A stretch of DNA of 64,000 nucleotides from Candidatus Binatia bacterium (GTDB lineage Bacteria; Desulfobacterota; Binatia; Bin18): contig OY761159.2 of the NCBI GenBank assembly GCA_963664395.2, positions 2,016,001 through 2,080,000 of the forward strand, read 5' to 3'. This document shows, in pieces, positions 32,491 to 41,160 of the stretch; positions within the stretch are counted from its first letter, which is position 1; each line of letters opens with the position of its first letter. The position numbers were made by a program, and so were the translations under genes. The notes below the pieces were generated by a model that saw only the letters and a list, made by a program, of their open reading frames with translations, ran no database searches and had not been told where the DNA came from.

Positions 32491-33609
32491 ATGCATCCAG
32501 ACGACATCAGAGAATATCGCCGCCGGCACGTGCCCGTTTTTAATGACAATACAATGAAGCTCGGCATTTTTGGTCAGAACTGCAGCCACGGCTGTACCAT
32601 CACGCATGCCGAGTCCACCTTTGAGCCAACCTATGAACATAGTGTGCTGATTTCCCGGCAGGCGGATGACTTGGGATTTGAACTCCTGGTTCCCGTCGGA
32701 CGCTGGAAAGGCTTTGGCGGCAGCACCGATTTTAATGGCAACTGCATGGAGACCTACACCTGGGCCACGGCCATGGCGACCCAGACCAAAAACATTATGC
32801 TCTTCTCCACCTCGCACGTCCCGACCATTCATCCGATTATGGCCGCCAAACAGGGCGCCACGATTGACCATATTTCCAACGGACGCTGGGGCCTCAACAT
32901 TGTGTGCGGCTGGTTCTCGCCGGAGATGGAAATGTTTGCGGCCAAACAAATGGCGCACGATGATCGCTACCGGTATGCCGGCGAGTGGCTCCAGGTTATC
33001 AAGCGCCTGTGGACCGAGCAGAACTTTGACCACACCGGCGAGTTCTTTCAGGTCAAAGACGGCTATCTGCTGCCCAAGCCGGTCCAACAGCCCTATCCGG
33101 TTTTGATTAACGCCGGCTTCTCTCCAGCCGGCCAGGATTTCTCTGCGCGGGAAGTAGACTTTAATTTTATCCAGGTCGATACCCTGGAACACGGCAAAGA
33201 GATCGTCGCGAATGTGAAGAAACAGGCCCATGCGTATGACCGAGAGATCGGCATGATGTCCTACGGTTTTGTCGTCTGCCGCGACACGGAAAAAGAAGCC
33301 AGACAGGCGTACGATTACGTCATTGAAAAAGGGGACTGGACCGCGGCCCGCAATATTATTGACCTGCTGGGCGTCGAGAGTCAGTCCTTCAGCGAAGAGA
33401 CTCTGACCAAGTTTGCCGAGCGCTTCATCGCCGGCTGGGGCGGCTATCCCCTGGTTGGCACGCCGGAGCAGGTGGTCGATGAAATGCTCAAAATCGCACA
33501 CACCGGCATCGAAGGGCTGATCGTGTCCTGGCTCGACTATAACCAGGAGTTGAAATACTTCGGCGAGCGCGTCATGCCGCTGATGCGCCAAGCCGGGCTG
33601 CGGGAGTAG
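32491..33609 (+). CDS. LLM-class flavin-dependent monooxygenase (RutA/SfnG-like)
   Basis: LVPVGRWKGFGG, TIDHISNGRWGLNIVCGW, HDDRY, PLVGTPEQV. Confidence 0.85.
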   Translation: MHPDDIREYRRRHVPVFNDNTMKLGIFGQNCSHGCTITHAESTFEPTYEHSVLISRQADDLGFELLVPVGRWKGFGGSTDFNGNCMETYTWATAMATQTKNIMLFSTSHVPTIHPIMAAKQGATIDHISNGRWGLNIVCGWFSPEMEMFAAKQMAHDDRYRYAGEWLQVIKRLWTEQNFDHTGEFFQVKDGYLLPKPVQQPYPVLINAGFSPAGQDFSAREVDFNFIQVDTLEHGKEIVANVKKQAHAYDREIGMMSYGFVVCRDTEKEARQAYDYVIEKGDWTAARNIIDLLGVESQSFSEETLTKFAERFIAGWGGYPLVGTPEQVVDEMLKIAHTGIEGLIVSWLDYNQELKYFGERVMPLMRQAGLRE

Positions 33610-33641
33610 GGAATTGCCCCGCCCCGCCCTTCGGCAGTACA

Positions 33642-34478
33642 ATGACTCTCATGGCACACGCCAAGCAGGACCTGACCTACGAGTCCTACCTCCGCTTGCC
33701 GGAACTTCTCAACCTCCAGACTCCCCAATCCGACCCACCCGCTCATGACGAACTCCAGTTCATCATTGTCCATCAAAGCTATGAGCTGTGGTTTCGGCTG
33801 CTGTATGAGATCCGCACCATCATCAGCCATCTGCGGGCAGGGCGGGTACGGCAGGCGATTTGGCTGTTGCGGCGGCTCGTTGAGATTGAGCGGGTGATGA
33901 TCCAGCAGATCCAGGTGCTGGAAACCATGTCGCCGGTGCATTTTCTTGAGTTTCGCGATTTGCTCAGACCCGCCAGCGGCTTACAGTCCTTACAGTTTCG
34001 AGAGCTCGAATTCCTATCCGGTCTCCGGGACGAACGCTTCTTTGAAGTGTTCGACGGGCGTGCTGCTGCCAGGCAACGGCTCCAGGCGGCCCATGACGGC
34101 CCCAACCTGTGGAGTGCGTTTTGTGAACTTTTACACAGCCGTGGCTTTGATTTTGATACGGACGCTGCCGAACAACAGGAGCGGGCAGTTGGGCAAATCT
34201 ACACCGACCCACGGCATTTGGATCTGCATCAGTTATGTGAAGTCATGGTTGATTATGATGAACAGTTTTGTATTTGGCGCTCCCGCCACGCCTTAATGGC
34301 TGAACGCATGGTTGGAGCAAAGCCCGGTACGGGCGACGCGTACACCGGCAAACTTGCCGGCCGAGCGTCCTTCCAGGCACCAGGAGTACGCTATCTTCAG
34401 GGACGGGTGAACGTGCATTTTTTTCCTATTCTATGGGATGTCCGTACCCAACTCGGTGGAGGGCTGTATGGTGAATGA
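33642..34478 (+). CDS. kynA: Tryptophan 2,3-dioxygenase
   Basis: Y.SYL.L..LL, HDELQFIIVHQSYELWF, ASGLQSLQFRELE, KPGTG. Confidence 0.88.
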   Translation: MTLMAHAKQDLTYESYLRLPELLNLQTPQSDPPAHDELQFIIVHQSYELWFRLLYEIRTIISHLRAGRVRQAIWLLRRLVEIERVMIQQIQVLETMSPVHFLEFRDLLRPASGLQSLQFRELEFLSGLRDERFFEVFDGRAAARQRLQAAHDGPNLWSAFCELLHSRGFDFDTDAAEQQERAVGQIYTDPRHLDLHQLCEVMVDYDEQFCIWRSRHALMAERMVGAKPGTGDAYTGKLAGRASFQAPGVRYLQGRVNVHFFPILWDVRTQLGGGLYGE

Positions 34479-35609
34479 TCTGCACTACTGGCGGGCAGCG
34501 TTTCCCATTCTCGAAACCTCAACCTATCTGATTTCACATTCCATGGGCGCTATGCCCAAAGCCACGACTGACCGACTGCACGAATATGCCGAAAGCTGGC
34601 AGCAGGAAGGGAGTGCGGTGTGGGAGCGCTGGATGGAGTTTTTCGAGGAAACCGCCGGCCTCATCGGCCAGTTTCTCAATGCTGAACCGAGCAGCCTGGT
34701 CATGCACCAGAATGTGTCAGCCCTGTTTAACGCCGTACTGTCCTGCTTTGACTTTGGCGGCAGGCGCAATAAAATCCTGTATGCCGAACTGACCTTTCCC
34801 ACCCTGCGCTACAATATTCAGTCTCGTACTCGACACGGCGCACGGCCGGTTATGATTTCCTCCCCCGACGGCATCAGGCAACCGGCCGAACGCTTTATTG
34901 AAGCAATTGACGACGAAACGCTGCTGCTGGTCCTGGACCACGGCTTATATCGATCCGGGGCCTTAATCGACATCGCCCCGATAGTTCAAGCCGCTCATGC
35001 ACGCGGCGCCCAGGTTATTGTCGATGCCTATCAAACCGTTGGAACCGTACCGATTGATGTGCAAGCCTGGCAGGCCGACTTTGTGGTCGGTGGATCACAC
35101 AAATGGTTATGTGGCGGACCAGGTGCAGCCTACCTGTATGTCTGTCCGGACCGCCTGCTGTCACGCCACCCCGTTATGACGGCTGGTTCTCGCAGGAACA
35201 GCCCTTTGCCTTTAGGGATGACATTGATTATGCCCACAGCGCGCGGCGTTTTCTGGGTGGCACGCCTGGAATGTCAGCTTTATATGCGGCGCGATCCGGC
35301 TACGAGATTCTCCTTAAAGTCGGCGTGGAACGGATTCGACAACGCAATATCGAGTTATGCCAGCGCTTAATCGAAGGCGCTCTTTCCCGCGATCTCCATA
35401 TCAACACGCCTCAAGACGCAAGGGAACGCGGCGGTCTGGTGTGCATCGACTTCGACGGGGCGGCCCAAGCCGAAGAACAGCTCGTCGCCCGGCGGGTATT
35501 TGTCGATTACCGCCCGCGCTGTGGTCTTCGTATTTCGCCCCATTTCTATACAACAGAAGACGAAATTGACCGTGTGTTTGAGGAGATTGACGCGATCCGC
35601 AAGGGATAA
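34468..35609 (+). CDS. kynU: Kynureninase-like class V PLP enzyme with one frameshift at ~35170
   Basis: TYLISHSMG, DAYQTVG, GGSHKWLCGGPG in 34438-35370; GWFSQ..PF, RFLGGTP, DYRP..GLRISPHFY in 35103-35609; one missing C in cacccc would join them. Confidence 0.75.
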
Positions 35610-35712
35610 GCCCTTCCTTGTGACGGGGAACAGCCAGCTTTACCCTTGGACGTCGGATTCGCATTGAATCTACACGCGGACTTATGGCAGGATGCTGGCT
35701 GGAGACTTCAGT

Positions 35713-36132
35713 ATGTCAGATGCACGGGAAAAACCGCGTCCCCTGATTGATGACCTCACCCGTCCGTTCTGGGACGCGGCCAGGGAACATCGCCTGGTTA
35801 TCCAGCGTTGCCAAGACTGTCGCCATTTTAATCACCCGCCGCGCCCGGTGTGTGATGCCTGTCACAGCGCAGCCCTGACATTCGAGCAGGTCAGCGGCCG
35901 CGGCACGATCTATAGTTTTAGTGTGATGTATCAACCCAACGTGACCGGTTTTGGGGACGAACTGCCCTACCTCAATATTCTCATTGAACTTGAAGAACAG
36001 CCGCAGCTCTTTCTGGTCTCCGACCTGCCTGAGGCGCAACGCGAGCAGGTTCGGGTCGGTGGAGAAGTCGAGGTGTATTTCGAAGATGTTGATGCAGAGC
36101 TGACGCTGCCCAAGTTTCGGCTCTTGGTCTAA
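35713..36132 (+). CDS. Zn-ribbon OB-fold (DUF35) protein
   Basis: PFWDAA....L.IQRCQDC....HPPR.VCDAC, SGRGTIYSF. Confidence 0.88.
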   Translation: MSDAREKPRPLIDDLTRPFWDAAREHRLVIQRCQDCRHFNHPPRPVCDACHSAALTFEQVSGRGTIYSFSVMYQPNVTGFGDELPYLNILIELEEQPQLFLVSDLPEAQREQVRVGGEVEVYFEDVDAELTLPKFRLLV

Positions 36133-36158
36133 TACTGGCCTGACCAAAGGACACACCC

Positions 36159-37346
36159 ATGACCTGGCAAGGGAAAGGTAAAACCGCCATCGTTGGTATT
36201 GGCTATTCCGCACTGAGTCGCCGTCCGCAGAAATCCCTCGGCGCGTTGAGTCTGGATGCGTGTCGGGCCGCCCTTGATGACGCCGGGCTGCCGGCCGAGC
36301 GGGTTGACGGCCTTGCTACCTTTCCTGAAGCGCCCTTTCACGGCGCGGGCACCCAGGACGGCGAACACATTGTCAGCGTCGAATACATGATGAACCATCT
36401 CCCGCTCGCGCCCGATATTCGGTGGTATGCGCAAACCGAAACCGGTCTGATTGCGAGTGCTGTTATTGAAGGGGTCAACGCCCTTTTGGCTGATGCGTGC
36501 GAGTATGTGCTGGTCTGGCGCGCGCTCCACAATCCGCGTGGCCGCTATGGGGCGTGGTCCGGCAACCAGGCTCCGGGCGACGCCCAATTCATGGCTCCCT
36601 ATGGTTGTACGAGTATTTTTCAGTGGCACGCCATGGCCTGGCAGCGCTATATGCATCGCTACGGTGCCACCCGTGCGCATCTCGCGACCTTTGTGACGAA
36701 TAGCCGGCGTAATGCCAACCTCAATCCAAACGCCTATTTTTACACCACGCCCATGACCCGGGACGATTACTTTGCCGCACGCTGGATCGCCGAGCCCTTA
36801 TGCTTGTTTGACTGCGACATTCCGGTGGAAGGCTGTGTCGCCCTCATCCTGACCACGGCCGAACGCGCCGCAGACCTCCGCCATCCCCCGGCCTATATCG
36901 CCGGCTACGGACAGAACACGAGTCGCCGCCGGGCGCTGTTTCACTATTCGTTGGATAATTATATGGAGTCCGGCCACTCGCTGGCCAGCAAGCTCTGGGC
37001 ATCTTCGGGCTTGGGACCCCAGGCCATGAGTGCCGCCGAACTGTACGACGGTTTCAGCCCCTCTACCCTGTATTGGCTGGAGGCGGCGGGCTTCTGTGGC
37101 GAAGGCGAAGCCTACAGCTTTATTCAGGACGGACGCATTGCCCTGGAAGGCGAGCTGCCGGTCAATACGTTCGGCGGCAGCCTGAGCGAAGGCCGCCTGC
37201 ACGGCATGGGTCATATTGCCGAAGCCGTCATGCAGGTGACCGACCGGGCGGAAAAGCGCCAAGTCCCCAACGCCTCAGCCGTGTGTGCGATTGACGGTTC
37301 CCCCATGCTGCGGGGGAGTGGCCTGGTGATCAGCCGGGAGCCGTAA
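36159..37346 (+). CDS. SCP-x-type thiolase family protein
   Basis: AIVGIG, PLCLFDCD, ELYDGFS, PVNTFGGSLSEG; paired with DUF35 gene. Confidence 0.85.
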   Translation: MTWQGKGKTAIVGIGYSALSRRPQKSLGALSLDACRAALDDAGLPAERVDGLATFPEAPFHGAGTQDGEHIVSVEYMMNHLPLAPDIRWYAQTETGLIASAVIEGVNALLADACEYVLVWRALHNPRGRYGAWSGNQAPGDAQFMAPYGCTSIFQWHAMAWQRYMHRYGATRAHLATFVTNSRRNANLNPNAYFYTTPMTRDDYFAARWIAEPLCLFDCDIPVEGCVALILTTAERAADLRHPPAYIAGYGQNTSRRRALFHYSLDNYMESGHSLASKLWASSGLGPQAMSAAELYDGFSPSTLYWLEAAGFCGEGEAYSFIQDGRIALEGELPVNTFGGSLSEGRLHGMGHIAEAVMQVTDRAEKRQVPNASAVCAIDGSPMLRGSGLVISREP

Positions 37347-37551
37347 TGGAGAGACCCTTCTCCTCACTGGGAATTATATACAATGTTACCCAGGCCATAC
37401 AGGGCACACCTGCGTCTGCGCTCGTCGATTTCGCAGATCTTGACTTCAAATAGAATTCTTGCGTCCGGGGTTGACGGTACACCCCACACATGTCAGATTT
37501 TGTTGACATACGTAATATTTGTTGCATATCTGCCATAAAAGGAGAATCCGA

Positions 37552-37731
37552 ATGAAGGCTCAAAAAAAGGAGACACACAAGCGCACCCCTGCGCGTAATG
37601 TGGGCGAGCGTCCTGCTCGGTCCATGCCTGAGCTGATCCCGGACACGCCAGAGGCTATCGCCCGTGCATGCATGAGCGGGCCACCGAAGAAGCAGTGGCA
37701 ATACAGCGCCGTTGCCAAAAGCGGAAATTAG
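37552..37731 (+). CDS. Small hypothetical protein (PELIPDTPEAIARACMSGPPKK)
   Basis: Strong RBS aaggag; resembles small ORFs I associate with IS1595-type elements (recollection, not verified). Confidence 0.55.
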   Translation: MKAQKKETHKRTPARNVGERPARSMPELIPDTPEAIARACMSGPPKKQWQYSAVAKSGN

Positions 37732-37775
37732 TCGGTTCCACACAGCAAGTGATATTTGGAAAGGGGAAAGAACGT

Positions 37776-38075
37776 ATGCCTCTGCAAGTGGGTGACAAGG
37801 TTTGGCTCTCCTGCGAAGTAAAGCCGGGGCCTTTTTCAAATGAGCGCCTTGTTCGTATTCAACTTCCCAAAGGTCCGTGGGTTGGGTTTGTTGATACTGG
37901 CGCACTCAAGGAAACAGTAGAAACAGGGAGTACCTATGTACTTGCTCGCGTGACTAAAGTCAGCGGAAGCACCGTCACTGCCATCGTGCAAGGGCACGCT
38001 CTTGACTCGCGCTACGTACAGGCGCCATCTGCCACGATGCAAAAGGTGCAACCTGGTGTTTCTCTCCCGGCCTGA
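37776..38075 (+). CDS. Hypothetical beta-rich protein overlapping the dcd start
   Basis: RBS aagggg before ATG 37776; 99 aa; overlaps next gene by 20 bp. Confidence 0.6.
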   Translation: MPLQVGDKVWLSCEVKPGPFSNERLVRIQLPKGPWVGFVDTGALKETVETGSTYVLARVTKVSGSTVTAIVQGHALDSRYVQAPSATMQKVQPGVSLPA

Positions 38076-38625
38076 CATCCTCGAACATCTTGAGAACCAA
38101 GACCTGCGCTTTGACCCGCCCGTTCCAGAGGAGCGGATCGCGCAGGTGTCCATTGATCTGTTTCTTGGACGACGCTTTACCACTTTCAAGAAACCGCCCG
38201 GCTACATCACTTCAATACATATGGACCCGTCACTCTGGGATTCAGAGGACCTCTGGGAACACACAGAGACGGACATCTTTGTGTTAGAGCCTAATCAGTT
38301 TGTTCTTGCGCAAACGTTGGAACGTGTCCGCATACCAAACTCGTTGATGGGGCTTGTAGAAGGGCGTAGCGGCTTTGCACGACTCGGCGTGACGGTTCAT
38401 GCCACTGCTCCGAAGATTGATCCTGGATTCCATGCTCCCATCACGTTAGAGATGGCGAATTTTGGAAAACTGGCCGTAGAACTGCGTGCTGGAATAGACA
38501 AACCTGCTCAGCTTCTTCTTGCGAAAATTACTACACCCCTAGAAGAGTCTGAACTGTACGGCACGAATCCAGAGGATGTTTTTCAACATCAGACTGAGCC
38601 TATTCCGAGAGGGCGTAAGTCATAG
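38056..38625 (+). CDS. dcd: dCTP deaminase (trimeric dUTPase-like family)
   Basis: SIDL.LG, F.LAQTLE, VEGRSGFARLG..VH.TAPKIDPGF...ITLE..N; GTG start at 38056. Confidence 0.88.
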   Translation: MFLSRPDILEHLENQDLRFDPPVPEERIAQVSIDLFLGRRFTTFKKPPGYITSIHMDPSLWDSEDLWEHTETDIFVLEPNQFVLAQTLERVRIPNSLMGLVEGRSGFARLGVTVHATAPKIDPGFHAPITLEMANFGKLAVELRAGIDKPAQLLLAKITTPLEESELYGTNPEDVFQHQTEPIPRGRKS

Positions 38626-38635
38626 GTATCCTGTC

Positions 38636-38760
38636 TTACTTCCCAACCAAGTCTTTATACCGCAACCGTTTATTCATCAGCCCTCGCGCCATACACTCCA
38701 TCTGTACAGCAGTATCAAGTGGGCGCTGTTATGCCGACCGGCAAACTCGTTCACATCGCG
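38636..38760 (-). pseudogene. IS1595/ISXO2-like transposase C-terminal remnant
   Basis: Reads RDVNEFAGRHN, frameshift, RPLDTAVQMECMARGLMNKRLRYKDLVGK*, matching the IS1595 RY..EF..R.N...KRL.Y..L tail. Confidence 0.75.
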
Positions 38761-38855
38761 GTTTGCGGTGTCGCCAGGAACCACTCGGAAACCTGACGTG
38801 CGGGTCTCGGCTTGAGCAGTTCCGATAACGTGCAGGTGTCGAGGAGAAAGCTCAC
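38751..38855 (-). pseudogene. vapC: Truncated VapC/PIN toxin (34 aa N-terminus)
   Basis: GTGA overlap with antitoxin stop; VSFLLDTCTLSELLKPRPARQVSEWF then runs into transposase remnant and stops. Confidence 0.75.
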
Positions 38856-39100
38856 AGGTCGATATCTCGCGGCAGTGACTTGTCGCGCTCAATGTCCAGA
38901 TCCACGCCCACCAGAGAGGCAGCTCGTAGAAACTCGGCCATCGAGTATTGCGGGCGCTTCAGACGGTCATAGTCGTCCGCGGAAAGAACAACAGCGGCTC
39001 GGCGACCGTGGACAGTAATCGTCTGCGGCCCGTCGGTCTCGGCACTGCGCACCAAGGCGCTGAAACGCGATTTTGCCTCCTGTACTTGCCAGTTTTTCAT
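38852..39100 (-). CDS. Phd/YefM family antitoxin
   Basis: WQVQEAKSRFSALV..A...GPQTIT.HG..AAVVLS..DY. Confidence 0.9.
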   Translation of the reverse strand: MKNWQVQEAKSRFSALVRSAETDGPQTITVHGRRAAVVLSADDYDRLKRPQYSMAEFLRAASLVGVDLDIERDKSLPRDIDL

Positions 39101-39110
39101 ACGCTGCCCG

Positions 39111-39136
39111 TTCTGACCTTTCTGACCTTTCTGACC
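39111..39136 (-). promoter_or_regulatory. 9-bp direct repeat TTCTGACCT x3, probable TA autoregulatory operator
   Basis: Lies 11-36 bp upstream of the antitoxin start. Confidence 0.5.
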
Positions 39137-39268
39137 AGAAATTACACGGGATGCGGCGGAAGCGCAATATTCCTGTTGTCACGCCTCCAGCCGCTCGTTC
39201 AGCAAGCCATGACGGGGCCCGTGCCCGCCCTTCCCCACGCCCCTGAATCCTGGAATACTGTTGACGCT

Positions 39269-40240
39269 ATGGACGAGCCAAAAGAGCGGATCGTTTTCTG
39301 TGACGCCGAGCGGATTCCGGTCCATTTGATTTCCGGCTTTCTGGGCAGCGGCAAGACAACCCTCCTGCGCCGCCTGCTTGATTATTGTCTGAGCCAGGGT
39401 CTTAAACCCGCAGTCATGATGAATGAGTATGGGGAAGTCAACATCGATGGCGAGCTGCTCCGTGGTCAAGGCTATACCATCCGGGAAATGACCAATGGCT
39501 GTATTTGCTGTACTATTGGCGGAACCCTGGGCCTCGCGCTCCAGGATGTCGCCGCCCTCAAGCCGGATGTCATTTTCATTGAAGCCACAGGTTTAGCCGA
39601 CCCGGTTGAACTCATGGATCAAGTCACAAAAGAAGAAGTCCTGCCGCTGGTCCGGCTGGCTTCGTTGATCGCCGTTCTTGATCCCATTAATTTCAGTCGC
39701 TTGGCCGAAGAAGTGCACTCGGGCATTCGTCAACAGACGGAACTGGCTGATGTGGTGTTGATAAACAAACGGGACTTGGCAGACGAGTCTGTCCTCGCGG
39801 AATTAGAGGAACAGATTCGTCAGTTAAACCCACGCACAGAAATTATTCGGACAGAACGCGGTGCAATGGAGTATGCCCGGCTTTTATGTCGAAAAGGCGA
39901 GATTGCACAATCAAGCGCTACGCCGCGTCAGGCTCCGGTGCACGACCATTTTCATACCATGACGTGTCTGTGCGAAGCTCCGCTCATCCGAGAACGGTTT
40001 GAGCAGATGATGCGCGCCTTGCCGGACACAGTGTGGCGCGCCAAAGGGTTTGTGCGCTTTACGGACTCGGACGAGCAGTGGATGTTTCAGTTTGTGACCG
40101 GGGAATTCGATATGGAGTGGCTGGATTTGTTACCCGAACCACCTGAGCACGTCGTTTTTATTGGCAAGGGTTTTGACCGGGACGCGCTGCACCACGCGCT
40201 CTTGGAATGTGCCGCCACCCGCCCGGGGGACGCCCCATGA
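39269..40240 (+). CDS. CobW/COG0523 GTP-binding metallochaperone
   Basis: SGFLGSGKTT, NEYGE, NGCICC, IEATGLA, NKRD, WRAKGF. Confidence 0.9.
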   Translation: MDEPKERIVFCDAERIPVHLISGFLGSGKTTLLRRLLDYCLSQGLKPAVMMNEYGEVNIDGELLRGQGYTIREMTNGCICCTIGGTLGLALQDVAALKPDVIFIEATGLADPVELMDQVTKEEVLPLVRLASLIAVLDPINFSRLAEEVHSGIRQQTELADVVLINKRDLADESVLAELEEQIRQLNPRTEIIRTERGAMEYARLLCRKGEIAQSSATPRQAPVHDHFHTMTCLCEAPLIRERFEQMMRALPDTVWRAKGFVRFTDSDEQWMFQFVTGEFDMEWLDLLPEPPEHVVFIGKGFDRDALHHALLECAATRPGDAP

Positions 40241-40518
40241 GTACCAACGAAAGCGTCTCGCTGGACAAGATAGACAAGATAGACTGGATAGACTGGATAG
40301 ACTGGATAGACTGGATAGACTGGGGAAAAATTATATGGGGCGTTCTCATAGGGGCGCTGACAGGAATGATCATGTCTCTTGTCCTGCTGCCGTTTGGCGT
40401 TCACCGCGCCGAATGGATGATGGCCGCCTGCTCAACCCTGGGTGTTTTTATCGGACTCCTCAAAATAACGGACACGGAAGGACAGCAACCCGAAAAGGAG
40501 AACCAATATGATTTATGA
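40237..40518 (+). CDS. Small 2-TM membrane protein with DKI/DWI tandem repeat
   Basis: ATGA coupling to cobW; two hydrophobic helices. Confidence 0.6.
   Translation: MSTNESVSLDKIDKIDWIDWIDWIDWIDWGKIIWGVLIGALTGMIMSLVLLPFGVHRAEWMMAACSTLGVFIGLLKITDTEGQQPEKENQYDL
40264..40323 (+). repeat. 9-bp tandem repeat GACAAGATA x2 + GACTGGATA x4 + partial
   Basis: Directly visible, in frame. Confidence 0.9.
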
Positions 40519-41122
40519 AGTCCGGACCTATCGCTTAAAACCAGGGACGCTGGCCGAATGTGAACGGCTCTTTGGTGACGCCCTGCCGCGACGCGAGGAA
40601 TTTTCCTCACTCGGGGCGTTTTGGCATACCGAGATCGGCCCGCTCAACGAGATCATCCATGTCTGGCCGTATGAGAGTCTTCAGCAGCGGACGGAGGCAC
40701 GAGCGCAGGCCATGCAAAGCGGGGCGTGGCCGCCCCCGATCGGCACGTTCATCGAACACATGGAATCCGAAATATTCATCCCGGCGCCCTTTATGGAGCC
40801 GCTCGGCAAGCGGCAGTTGGGCCCGGTGTATGAGATACGCACTTATATGTACCGACCGGGTGCCATGCCGACCGTGCTGGAGCGCTGGGCCAAAGCCATT
40901 CCCGACCGAACCCAACTCTCACCCCTAGCCGCTTGCTGGTATAGCGATCTCGGTACGCTCAATAAATTTGTCCATATCTGGCCCTACGCGAGCCTGGACG
41001 AACGCAGCCGCGTCCGGGCCGAGGCCGCCCAACTGCCCAACTGGCCGCCCGGCACCAAGGAGTTTTTGCTGACGCAGCAGAGTAAAATCGTCCTGCCGGC
41101 GGCGTTTTCGCCCATGCGGTAA
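40508..41122 (+). CDS. NIPSNAP family protein (two domains)
   Basis: IYEVRTY.LKPG and VYEIRTY..RPG; HVWPYESL. Confidence 0.9.
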   Translation: MIYEVRTYRLKPGTLAECERLFGDALPRREEFSSLGAFWHTEIGPLNEIIHVWPYESLQQRTEARAQAMQSGAWPPPIGTFIEHMESEIFIPAPFMEPLGKRQLGPVYEIRTYMYRPGAMPTVLERWAKAIPDRTQLSPLAACWYSDLGTLNKFVHIWPYASLDERSRVRAEAAQLPNWPPGTKEFLLTQQSKIVLPAAFSPMR

Positions 41123-41160
41123 ATCGGCTGGTGCGTCTCGCATTTCTGACAGGAAACGCA

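Larger units (their letters stand above)
37369..38760 (-). mobile_element. Truncated IS1595-family-like element with passenger genes
   Basis: Transposase C-terminal remnant at 38636-38760, candidate terminal repeat GGGAATTATATAC at 37369-37381, lower-GC cargo in between. Confidence 0.6.

Noticed and set aside
32323-33642. 439-aa minus-strand ORF and other long antisense ORFs (e.g. 29028-30146, 30592-31578, 41206-42138, 60418-61287)
   Set aside because: Shadows of well-supported genes on the opposite strand in GC-rich DNA; no motifs
35160-35180. kynU frameshift as programmed frameshift or phase variation
   Set aside because: A single missing C in a short C run is more simply a sequencing error; no slippery site or structure seen
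38948-39268. N-terminal extension of the cobW ORF
   Set aside because: Overlaps the antitoxin on the other strand; family similarity begins near 39269
21975-40323. Short tandem repeats as possible CRISPR arrays
   Set aside because: Units are 8-9 bp with no unique spacers, and no cas genes are present
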